Source: Chloroflexota bacterium (lineage in GTDB: Bacteria; Chloroflexota; Dehalococcoidia; Lucifugimonadales; UBA2962). From it: 64,000 nucleotides of DNA. The stretch lies in assembly GCA_002699485.1 (NCBI GenBank), contig PAAV01000049.1:61981-125980 (forward strand). Reading direction: 5' to 3'. The notes under the pieces are model-generated. The model was not told the DNA's origin. It saw nothing but the letters and a program-made list of their open reading frames with translations, and made no database searches. Within the stretch, counting starts at the first letter, position 1. Each line of letters starts with the position of its first letter. Below are positions 27,706 through 36,012 of the stretch, piece by piece. A program made the translations under genes and the position numbers.

Positions 27706-29160
27706 ATGATTAGGCCTGTTATATTAGCCGGTGGTTCCGGCACAAGGCTTTGGCCATTATCTAGGGAGGATTTTCCCAAGCAATTCCTTAAATTGGCAAC
27801 TGAACACACTATGCTTCAAGACACCGTATTGCGCTTGGATGGACTCAATAGTAACTTCAGTAGTTCTCCTCCAATTGTTATTTGCAATGAACAGCACAGG
27901 TTTCTTATAAATGAGCAACTTAAAGAAATAAAGAGGACGCCGGACGCAACAATACTTGAACCAATCGGTAAGAATACCGCACCGGCTTTAACTCTAGCGG
28001 CTCTTTGGGCTTTAAAAAATGACCAAGATTCGACTTTACTTGCATTGCCAGCAGATCAACATATTGATAAATCAGAAGTTTTTCATAAAGTAGTAAAAGA
28101 AGCTGCAGCCCTTGCTGATCAAGGATGCTTTATAACTTTTGGAGTGCCACCTACTGCACCCGAAACTGGATTTGGTTATATAAAGACGGCACCAATGTTA
28201 GGCAATTTTGAAAATGGTGAGTCAAATGTTATGAAAGTCGCAAAATTTGTGGAAAAACCCAATTTAGAAACCGCGAAGAAATATTTAGATTCAGGGCAAT
28301 ATTTGTGGAATAGTGGAATGTTTATGATGAAGGCGAGTTTATGGATGGACCTTGTAAAAGAATTTCGTCCCGAGATTGGCCAAGCATGTGTTGAAGCATA
28401 TGAAAAAGGTTCAATTGATGGAAATTTTTTCAGACCAGATAAGATCACATTTAGCCAAAGCCCTTCAGATTCCATTGATTATGCTGTTGCTGAAAATATA
28501 GACATAGATCGTGATGATCCATGCTCAGTAGTATTTGAATATAGTGCAGGCTGGTCTGATCTCGGGACATGGACTGCAATAGCAGATAAATTGCCTTCTG
28601 ATGCTGATAATAATGTTATCAAGGGGGATGTTCTGCCAGAGGATGTTTCAAACTCAATAGTTATCTCAGACGGACGTTTATTAGCAGCAGTAGGCCTTGA
28701 TAACGTTGTTATAGTTGAAACTCCTGATGCAATATTAGTAACCTCCAAAGAGAAGATCAATGATATTGGTAAATTGGTTGCAAAAATTCGTACATCAGGT
28801 CGTACCGAACATGCTAAACATCTAAAGTCTCATCGGCCATGGGGTACATATGAGATATTGGATAAAGGACGAGGGTTCCAGGTTAAGCATCTAAGAATTG
28901 AACCCGGACAGTCAATATCATTGCAACGTCACAAACACCGTGCGGAACACTGGGTCGTAGTTAAAGGTAAAGCAAAGGTGATATGTGGCTCAGACACTTA
29001 CGAATTGTTAGAAAATCAATCAACATACGTTCCTCAGGGAGTAAAGCACAGATTACTTAATCATGGAACAGAAATATTGGAAATTGTTGAAGTGCAATCA
29101 GGTGAAGTTATAGATGAAGATGACATAGAACGATTCGAAGATAGTTACGGTCGGGTTTGA
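27706..29160 (+). CDS. manC: Mannose-1-phosphate guanylyltransferase / mannose-6-phosphate isomerase (type II PMI)
   Basis: ILAGGSGTRLWPLSR and a C-terminal cupin (RPWGTYEILD, HRAEHWVVVKG). 484 aa. Confidence 0.9.
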   Translation: MIRPVILAGGSGTRLWPLSREDFPKQFLKLATEHTMLQDTVLRLDGLNSNFSSSPPIVICNEQHRFLINEQLKEIKRTPDATILEPIGKNTAPALTLAALWALKNDQDSTLLALPADQHIDKSEVFHKVVKEAAALADQGCFITFGVPPTAPETGFGYIKTAPMLGNFENGESNVMKVAKFVEKPNLETAKKYLDSGQYLWNSGMFMMKASLWMDLVKEFRPEIGQACVEAYEKGSIDGNFFRPDKITFSQSPSDSIDYAVAENIDIDRDDPCSVVFEYSAGWSDLGTWTAIADKLPSDADNNVIKGDVLPEDVSNSIVISDGRLLAAVGLDNVVIVETPDAILVTSKEKINDIGKLVAKIRTSGRTEHAKHLKSHRPWGTYEILDKGRGFQVKHLRIEPGQSISLQRHKHRAEHWVVVKGKAKVICGSDTYELLENQSTYVPQGVKHRLLNHGTEILEIVEVQSGEVIDEDDIERFEDSYGRV

Positions 29161-29996
29161 TAGTCGATTCTCACGTGCATATTTTCCCTCCTGAGTTTTT
29201 GCGTGACAGGCAATCTCTTTTAACGAAAGACAAAACATTCAACGAATTATATTCGAATTCGCGGTCCAAATTAGTCACTGTAGAGGATCTTATAGAGACT
29301 ATGGATGAAACAGGTGTTAACGTATCGGTGGTGATGGGCATTGGGTGGACTAATCCTGAACTTGCTGAGAAATCTAATCAGTATATCTCTGAATCATGTC
29401 TCCGGTTTTCTGACAGGCTAATTGGATTTGGCTCCATTGATCTATCGTCTATGAATGCAGTAGATCAAATCAAAAATTGTGCAGATATTGGTCTGAAAGG
29501 AATAGGCGAGTTGCATTTAGATCACCAGCTTTTCTCAGAAGGTGGATACGAGCTTATGACCTCTGTTATCCAAGAAGTCAAAGCCAAAGACCTTATTTTA
29601 TCGATACACTGTTCTGAGCCATTAGGTCATTTATACCCTGGTAAAGGCACTAATACTCCTGAGAAATTGGAAAGGTTATTAAAGTTAGCTGATGGGGCCA
29701 AGATTATACTTTCTCATTGGGGTGGCGGACTACCATTTTACGCTCTAATGCCGGAAATAAAAAAATTATCCGAATCTGTGTTTTTTGATACTGCAGCATC
29801 GCCATTTTTATATGAGCCTAAAATTTTTGAGATTGTCAATAGCATAATGGGCCCCGATCATATTCTTGCTGCGAGTGACTATCCTTTACTTAAATTTTCA
29901 CGCATAAAAAACGAAATTGAACAAAGTAATATATCTAATGATGACCAGAAACTTATTTTGGGAGATAACGCAAAGACCCTTTTTAATCTCCTTTAA
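29157..29996 (+). CDS. Amidohydrolase_2-type TIM-barrel metal-dependent hydrolase
   Basis: DSHVHIFPPEF N-terminus, later SIHCSEP, ILSHWGG and AASDYP. The TTG start overlaps the manC stop (TTGA). Confidence 0.7.
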   Translation: MIVDSHVHIFPPEFLRDRQSLLTKDKTFNELYSNSRSKLVTVEDLIETMDETGVNVSVVMGIGWTNPELAEKSNQYISESCLRFSDRLIGFGSIDLSSMNAVDQIKNCADIGLKGIGELHLDHQLFSEGGYELMTSVIQEVKAKDLILSIHCSEPLGHLYPGKGTNTPEKLERLLKLADGAKIILSHWGGGLPFYALMPEIKKLSESVFFDTAASPFLYEPKIFEIVNSIMGPDHILAASDYPLLKFSRIKNEIEQSNISNDDQKLILGDNAKTLFNLL

Positions 29997-30060
29997 ACTG
30001 TTTTGATTATTACCCAGCTAGGTGCGCAAAAGAGATTACAGTTCAATAATTCAAATTGAG

Positions 30061-30069
30061 TGCTATACT
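30061..30069 (+). promoter_or_regulatory. Extended -10 promoter candidate (TGcTATACT)
   Basis: TGCTATACT lies about 53 nt upstream of the ATG at 30122. No good -35 was seen. Confidence 0.3.
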
Positions 30070-30121
30070 TTCCCCATATAGTGTTTAATTTTGTGAATTA
30101 GTAGATAAGGGGTAAACGAAG

Positions 30122-30334
30122 ATGGGTTCTGAATTTCCGATATGTAAAGAGTGTTCTAATGGTAATCTGCTTCCACTGTCCGATTTTGGCAGCCAAGGAG
30201 CTCCAATACACTATAAAGCCTGGGTGTGCAGCCTGCCGAGTTGTGGTTATAACATAAAAATCCGCAATGGTGATGTATATATAAATGAACCAATAAGTAG
30301 CGGGGATAGTCACGTTCCAAGAACTCGAGGTTAA
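30122..30334 (+). CDS. Small zinc-ribbon-like protein (70 aa)
   Basis: ATG preceded by AAGGGGT 8 nt upstream. Cysteine pairs are C-K-E-C and C-S-L-P-S-C, separated by about 24 residues. Confidence 0.5.
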   Translation: MGSEFPICKECSNGNLLPLSDFGSQGAPIHYKAWVCSLPSCGYNIKIRNGDVYINEPISSGDSHVPRTRG

Positions 30335-30447
30335 AACTAGATTTAATTACTTGACTGCATATCAACTTTTATAAAATGCAGATAGTAATGGAGATCAATG
30401 GTGTCAATTAACGATGCGATTAATTCAATCTTCACTTTGGATGTGGC

Positions 30448-31278
30448 TTGAATAAGAGTTTAAGTTTAGGCGTGGCGATGATGGTCATCGGGGTAGTTGT
30501 TCTACTGCTTGTTGGTGGCTATTTAATTTTTATCATTAATGAAAAATCAAACTTAGATCAATTAAATGTAAGTTTGAATAATGATGTTATTAATGAAAAC
30601 ATTGCAGTTACTATAGATGAACAGGACAGTAAACAGCTGTCTGTAATTGACCTTCCAGTCCATTTTTCCAATATGCATTTTGGAGTTTTATTCCATCCAA
30701 AATATTGGCATGATCCTATTAAAACTGGAACTGATTTAAGGCAAGCCAGTCACATTGCAGAGGGATTTGAGTTAGCGCCTTCTTTGGATGATGTGTCAAT
30801 GTTTGCCCCAAAAGGCACAGCTGCCAGAATTGTAATACCAATGTTGAATGTTGATTCGCGGGTTGATGAATTAGGAATTATTGATCTTGGCGATAGTAGA
30901 GAATATGAAACCCCCGATAACACAGTAGGACATATTCCTGAGACGGCTGATCCGGGAGAAATAGGGAATGGGTGGTTTTTTGGGCATCTAGAGAGTCCAT
31001 TTAGTGGCGAAGGTAATGTCTTTCGGAGGCTTCCTGAAATACCTGAACTTTTACGTGAAATAAATGAGATTGGAGAGGGAGGGATCGACATAATATTGCA
31101 TAGTAGCACAGGTGAATACCTATATCAGGTTACATCATCAGAAGTATTACATGCCGATGAATTAACTATATATGGATCAGATGATTTCCGTATAAGTCTG
31201 GTTACATGTATTCCCAGGCTTGAATACTCTCATCGTCTCATAATTAAAGCGGTTTTAGTTGGTTTCAGAAATTTTTAG
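30448..31278 (+). CDS. Sortase-family transpeptidase with N-terminal membrane anchor
   Basis: N-terminal TM (GVAMMVIGVVVLLLVGGYLIF), ARIVIPMLNVDSRV, VGHIPETADPGEIGNGWFFGH, the catalytic ISLVTC motif and a downstream Arg (SHRLII). Confidence 0.75.
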   Translation: MNKSLSLGVAMMVIGVVVLLLVGGYLIFIINEKSNLDQLNVSLNNDVINENIAVTIDEQDSKQLSVIDLPVHFSNMHFGVLFHPKYWHDPIKTGTDLRQASHIAEGFELAPSLDDVSMFAPKGTAARIVIPMLNVDSRVDELGIIDLGDSREYETPDNTVGHIPETADPGEIGNGWFFGHLESPFSGEGNVFRRLPEIPELLREINEIGEGGIDIILHSSTGEYLYQVTSSEVLHADELTIYGSDDFRISLVTCIPRLEYSHRLIIKAVLVGFRNF

Positions 31279-31282
31279 CCGC

Positions 31283-32164
31283 TTAAGATAGTGATAGTGT
31301 ATCTCTCAAAAGCTGCACGAATGCCTTTGTCGGAGTAGACATTGTTTTGCCCCTTAGGTTAATGATTCCAGCCTGCTCTACGGGAAGCATGTGAGCCAGC
31401 CCTACCACTCCAAATGATTCATGATCGGTTGGATCGATTGCCAAACGAGGCCCAACTGAGATTCCCATTCCTAGAGCCACATATCGCTTAATCATATCCA
31501 TGCTGTCTAATTCAACGATTATTTCATATTCTAGGCCACGTCTCCTGAATTCCGTTTCAAGCATCAATCTAGTATAGGTACCTCTTCCCATCATAATTAA
31601 CGGCCAAGATGCAATTTCGTCTAATGAGGTAATAGTTGAATTCAACAACGGGTGATTTAACGGAGCTATTAGAACTCTTTCATAAGCAAACAACGGTTGA
31701 AATTCAAAATCAACACCCCTTTCCGGTCCAGGTACGAGTCCAATATCAACCGTACCTTCACCTACCATGTTTAAGACCTCATCTCGCCTTCCAGATAATA
31801 TTCGTATATGTCCATGAGGATTTTGTTTTAGAAAGATTCTCACCACTTGTAACAATCTGTGAGGAATTATGTCATGTGTGGCTGCAACCCTTACAGGGCT
31901 AACCTGCTCTGCTATTCCAGTTTCGTCTAATAAAGAATCGATACCATCTAAAAGTGGCTTTGCCAGATCCGCAAGAGTTGTTCCCGAAGCGGTTAATTGA
32001 ATAGGCCTTTTTATCCTGTCGAAAAGCAAGGTGCCAAGCTCCTGTTCTAACTTTTTAATATGTGTAGTGGCGGTTGGCTGGCCTATACCTAGCTCTTCAG
32101 CTGCTTTTGTAATACTTCTTAATCTTGCAGCAGCCACGAAACTCCTTAATTCTCTAAGCTCCAT
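31283..32164 (-). CDS. LysR-family transcriptional regulator
   Basis: MELRELRSFVAAARLRSITKAAEELGIGQPTATTHIKKLEQELG (wHTH). I start at the second Met (32164) because AGGGGATGGA lies just upstream of it, whereas the track start at 32188 has no SD. Confidence 0.85.
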   Translation of the reverse strand: MELRELRSFVAAARLRSITKAAEELGIGQPTATTHIKKLEQELGTLLFDRIKRPIQLTASGTTLADLAKPLLDGIDSLLDETGIAEQVSPVRVAATHDIIPHRLLQVVRIFLKQNPHGHIRILSGRRDEVLNMVGEGTVDIGLVPGPERGVDFEFQPLFAYERVLIAPLNHPLLNSTITSLDEIASWPLIMMGRGTYTRLMLETEFRRRGLEYEIIVELDSMDMIKRYVALGMGISVGPRLAIDPTDHESFGVVGLAHMLPVEQAGIINLRGKTMSTPTKAFVQLLRDTLSLS

Positions 32165-32221
32165 GTTTATTCCATCCCCTATTATCATAAAATTTAATAT
32201 TAATTATATTATATTATATCT

Positions 32222-32249
32222 TTGAATGATGTTACTTATGTCTGATAAT
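32222..32249 (+). promoter_or_regulatory. Promoter candidate for the small basic-peptide gene
   Basis: TTGAAT (32222..32227), a 16-nt spacer, then GATAAT (32244..32249). The AT-rich palindrome TTAATATTAA (32194..32203) lies between this and the lysR start. Confidence 0.3.
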
Positions 32250-32301
32250 TGTATTAAGGGTCGTCAAATTACCGAAAATTTTGTAAGCAAAGGAAGATTT
32301 A

Positions 32302-32454
32302 ATGACAAAATTATTTAGAAATGTAAGGAAGCGTTCAAACCTAAAATCAGGGTTTGATTTTTATATGAGGTCTCTAAATGCTAGGCGCACGAATTGTGGT
32401 CCAACTGCCGATGAGGCAAGGAAAGACTTTAGGAGATTTCAGCACTTAATTTAG
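32302..32454 (+). CDS. Small highly basic hypothetical protein (50 aa)
   Basis: Absent from the track because it is under 60 aa. ATG at 32302 with AAAGGAAG 6-8 nt upstream. My translation is MTKLFRNVRKRSNLKSGFDFYMRSLNARRTNCGPTADEARKDFRRFQHLI, with TAG at 32452. A terminator-like hairpin follows. Confidence 0.4.
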   Translation: MTKLFRNVRKRSNLKSGFDFYMRSLNARRTNCGPTADEARKDFRRFQHLI

Positions 32455-32478
32455 AACAACTCACAACGTAAGTAGTCT

Positions 32479-32534
32479 AGCTCATATCGAGGCCTAATGA
32501 TAATCTTCATAATGGTCGGTATGAGCTTTTTTTG
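32479..32534 (+). terminator. Intrinsic-terminator-like hairpin with T-run
   Basis: AGCTCATATCGA (32479..) pairs with TCGGTATGAGCT (..32527) in a 12-bp stem with one G-U. The loop is about 25 nt and is followed by TTTTTTT (32528..32534). Confidence 0.55.
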
Positions 32535-32605
32535 TTAGGAGAAATTGTGGATTTAAATACAGAATACGACTCTATCAGATCCTCTACTAACAGGGAGTCC
32601 TCTCT

Positions 32606-33508
32606 ATGAAAACCGGACAACCATGGTTCTCAAAGATAAACTCACTGTTTAAGGTTAAAACCCTGAATGATGATATATGGGACGATCTCGAAGAGGCCCT
32701 GATACTATCTGATGTGGGTGTACCTATAGCCTCGGGTCTAATCGACAACGTTAGATCTCAAGTCCAGACAAACGTAATCGATGACCCGGCCGAGGTGTTT
32801 GAGGTTCTAAAGTCCGAAGTAAAGGCTCTTTTATCCCATGATTTAGATTACTCGGCATTAATTAACACTTTTCAACCTTCTAGCAGTAATAATCCTATTG
32901 TGATCTTATTTGTAGGTGTCAATGGAGTAGGCAAGACAACAACTCTTGCGAAAATGGCTCAAATGTATATTGATTCTGGACACAAAGTGATTATTGGGGC
33001 CGCAGATACTTTCAGAGCCGCCGCCATTGACCAGGTCAAAATTTGGGGAGAAAGGTTAAATTCAGATGTAATTGCTCACTCCCATGGCTCAGACCCAAGT
33101 GCGGTTGCTTTTGACACAATCGAGGCAGCAAAGGCTCGCAAAATCGATGTTGTTTTAATTGATACTGCTGGCCGCATGCATAATAGTGTAAATTTGATGG
33201 ATGAGTTGAATAAGATGACTCGAGTAGCTGCAAAAACAGGGATTAGTAAGCCTAAAATACTTCTAGTGTTGGATGCTTCTACTGGTCAAAATGGACTACA
33301 ACAAGCGAGATCCTTTCTTGGTTCCATTGGATGTGATGGAATAGTATTAACAAAGCTCGATGGCAGCTCGAGAGGAGGGGTTATCCTGTCAGTTTACTCT
33401 GAATTTGAAATGCCTGTTTTGTATATAGGAACCGGAGAAAATATCTCAGATTTACAATTATTTGACCCAAATCAATTTGCACAAGATTTATTTTCTGCGC
33501 CTTCATAA
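32606..33508 (+). CDS. ftsY: Signal recognition particle receptor FtsY
   Basis: FVGVNGVGKTTTLAKMA (G1), DTAGRMHN (G3) and LTKLDGSSRGG (G4). 300 aa with a short N-terminal domain. Confidence 0.9.
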   Translation: MKTGQPWFSKINSLFKVKTLNDDIWDDLEEALILSDVGVPIASGLIDNVRSQVQTNVIDDPAEVFEVLKSEVKALLSHDLDYSALINTFQPSSSNNPIVILFVGVNGVGKTTTLAKMAQMYIDSGHKVIIGAADTFRAAAIDQVKIWGERLNSDVIAHSHGSDPSAVAFDTIEAAKARKIDVVLIDTAGRMHNSVNLMDELNKMTRVAAKTGISKPKILLVLDASTGQNGLQQARSFLGSIGCDGIVLTKLDGSSRGGVILSVYSEFEMPVLYIGTGENISDLQLFDPNQFAQDLFSAPS

Positions 33509-33617
33509 AATAACCTATCCAGTCTTTAGGATTTCATAAAGCTTATAAATTAAATCGGATAATCGATGTAAACTACAGGTACATTTTTGCATAATGGTTT
33601 AATGCTGGAGAAAATAG

Positions 33618-36005
33618 TTGACTGACCCTTTAATCTGGATCCTCACGATTGAATTTATAGGAATAATTGCGTTTCCTATATCCTTTGTGATATTCAGGTG
33701 GATGCCTGACAGAGGGATTACCCTAGCTATGCCGTTAGGGATAGTTATTGCGGCGTATCTCACTTGGATTTTAAGTTACACTAATGTGGTCTCTGCCAGT
33801 AGGCTTGGACCGGTTTTATCATTAATAATTATAGCTGTTCCATCTATCTACATCAGTTGGAGTCACAGAAAACAAATAATTAACCATCTCCGAAGGCACG
33901 TTTGGTTGATAGCAGTTACACAAGTGATACTTTTGGCGCTATTTTTCTTGTGGACTCTTTATAGGTTTTATGACCCATCAATATCCCATACAGAGCAGCC
34001 AATGGACATGGCTTTCTTAAATGCATCCATGATAACCGAGTTTGCACCACCGGAGGATCCATGGATGAGAGGCGAGTCCATTAGCTATTATTATTTTGGT
34101 TATTGGATAGTGGGTTTTTTCTCTAACTTAGTTAGCACAAAATCAAGCGTTGCTTATAACTTAGCCCTTTCATTAATTCCTGCAATAACATCTGTTGGTG
34201 TAATTGGTTTGGTTTATAACATCATAAAAATTGATGGAGGTAAAATTAAATTTGCCATACTGGCTGGCATAATTTCAACAGTTATCCTTCTAGCAGCGTC
34301 TAATTTTGAGGGAGCACTAGAATTTCTGCGATATAACGGTATTGGAAGTGACTCGTTTTGGAATTGGCTTTCAATTGATGGAATTACTGGACCTGTAACC
34401 AATTTAACAGACAGCTGGAGGCCTACTGAGTTTTGGTGGTGGTGGCGTGCCACGAGAGTTATTAATACTTTTGAAAATGGAGTGGGCTTAGATTATACAA
34501 TTCATGAATTCCCTGTATTTTCTAGCTTACTTGGAGATCTCCATCCACACTTTTTGTCTCTACCTTTCGTAACGCTATTTTTGGGGTTAGTGACAAACTT
34601 TATTTTGAGCCCAATAACTGTTATGCCAGGTCGGTTTTTTATTGGCAATTTACCAGTTCGAAGGGTATTAACCACTTACGTTAGTGCTGTAATAAATAAT
34701 GCCCCACAACTTATTTGTATTGGGTTTATTTTAGGCGCTCTAGGGTTCGTCAATGCCTGGGACTTACCTATATTTGGCTTAGTTTTTGCCGGTGCTGTGT
34801 TATTTAAAATCCATAAAGAACAGAAGCTATCGTTTTCAGGAATTCTCGTTAAAGCCATACCAATTTTCATAATTGTATTTGGAGCAGCGTTTTTACTGTA
34901 TTCCCCATATTATTTTTATTTTCAAAGCCAGTTTTCTGGCTTGGCCCCGGTAACAGACATAACTTCAAGACCGATACATTTTTTCATTGTCTGGGGATTA
35001 TTTATGGTAATACTCGTACCAGTTGTTTTATACGTTTTTTCCAAATCAAAATTAAGACATGGATGGCTGCAAAACGTATGGATATCAATGGCAATTACGA
35101 TGCTACCGTTTCTAGTCTGGTTGATTTTGATTGGATGGACTGGCAGTCCAGAAGTTTCGATACTTAGACGATTCATTAAATTACTACCCATTATGGTCGT
35201 TATATTTATGACAATTTATTCTGCGTTATACCTGCTCAGAGATGGCAGGATAGGAGGAACTAAAACTCTAGGGATATCTGTAACTATGGTTTTGGTTTGT
35301 TCGGCTTTTATATTGATAATGATTCCAGAGCTGATTATCGTTAGTGACCAATTCGGAAGCAGGATGAATACCGTATTTAAATTGTATTATCAAGCATGGA
35401 TTCTCTTATCAATTTCTGCCGGAATTGGAATATACCACGCAGGCTATTTATTAACCAAGTCCAGAGGAATACACAAACTGATTATTGCAAGTTTTGGTGT
35501 TATTTTAGTTCTAATGCTTTCAGTCTCTTTGTATTATGCACCTGCAGCAGCCTTTACCAAAGTTGATACAAGTAATTTCAGAAGCTTAGATGGGTTGGAG
35601 CATATAAAAAACAAAAACCCTGATGAATTAGAGGCGATTAATTTTCTAGTGAGAACATCTGTAAAACATGATGCACTGGTTGAAGCAGTCGGTACTTCAT
35701 ATAGTGAATATGGAAGAATTTCTTCTAGCACAGGGATACCGACAATTCTTGGTTGGCCAGCACATGAAATACAATGGAGAGGATCCGATTTAGGCATTTC
35801 TCAGCGCGCAAATGATGTTGAAAGAATTTATCAGAGTTTAGATCCAACAGAGACATACGGTTTATTGGCCAAGTATAACGTTAGTTATGTATATATTGGG
35901 CCAAGGGAGAGGCGAAAGTATGGAACTAGCGCGCTAAGTAAATTTGAAGGTTTCATGAATAAAGTATTTGATACCGACACTGTGGTCATTTATAAGGTAA
36001 GGTAA
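33618..36005 (+). CDS. DUF2298 / Chlor_Arch_YYY (TIGR03662-like) polytopic membrane protein
   Basis: 795 aa and more than 12 hydrophobic segments. Signature SISYYYFGYW, the upstream HTEQPMDMAFLNASM, and a C-terminal soluble part with ILGWPAHEIQWRG and YVYIGPRERRKYG. Confidence 0.8.
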   Translation: MTDPLIWILTIEFIGIIAFPISFVIFRWMPDRGITLAMPLGIVIAAYLTWILSYTNVVSASRLGPVLSLIIIAVPSIYISWSHRKQIINHLRRHVWLIAVTQVILLALFFLWTLYRFYDPSISHTEQPMDMAFLNASMITEFAPPEDPWMRGESISYYYFGYWIVGFFSNLVSTKSSVAYNLALSLIPAITSVGVIGLVYNIIKIDGGKIKFAILAGIISTVILLAASNFEGALEFLRYNGIGSDSFWNWLSIDGITGPVTNLTDSWRPTEFWWWWRATRVINTFENGVGLDYTIHEFPVFSSLLGDLHPHFLSLPFVTLFLGLVTNFILSPITVMPGRFFIGNLPVRRVLTTYVSAVINNAPQLICIGFILGALGFVNAWDLPIFGLVFAGAVLFKIHKEQKLSFSGILVKAIPIFIIVFGAAFLLYSPYYFYFQSQFSGLAPVTDITSRPIHFFIVWGLFMVILVPVVLYVFSKSKLRHGWLQNVWISMAITMLPFLVWLILIGWTGSPEVSILRRFIKLLPIMVVIFMTIYSALYLLRDGRIGGTKTLGISVTMVLVCSAFILIMIPELIIVSDQFGSRMNTVFKLYYQAWILLSISAGIGIYHAGYLLTKSRGIHKLIIASFGVILVLMLSVSLYYAPAAAFTKVDTSNFRSLDGLEHIKNKNPDELEAINFLVRTSVKHDALVEAVGTSYSEYGRISSSTGIPTILGWPAHEIQWRGSDLGISQRANDVERIYQSLDPTETYGLLAKYNVSYVYIGPRERRKYGTSALSKFEGFMNKVFDTDTVVIYKVR

Positions 36006-36012
36006 ATTCCCT

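Noticed and set aside
30098-30365. Two minus-strand ORFs (71 and 69 aa) overlapping the small zinc-ribbon ORF.
   Set aside because: Only the plus-strand ORF has an extended -10, a strong SD and paired Cys motifs. The minus-strand products have no signals and odd composition.
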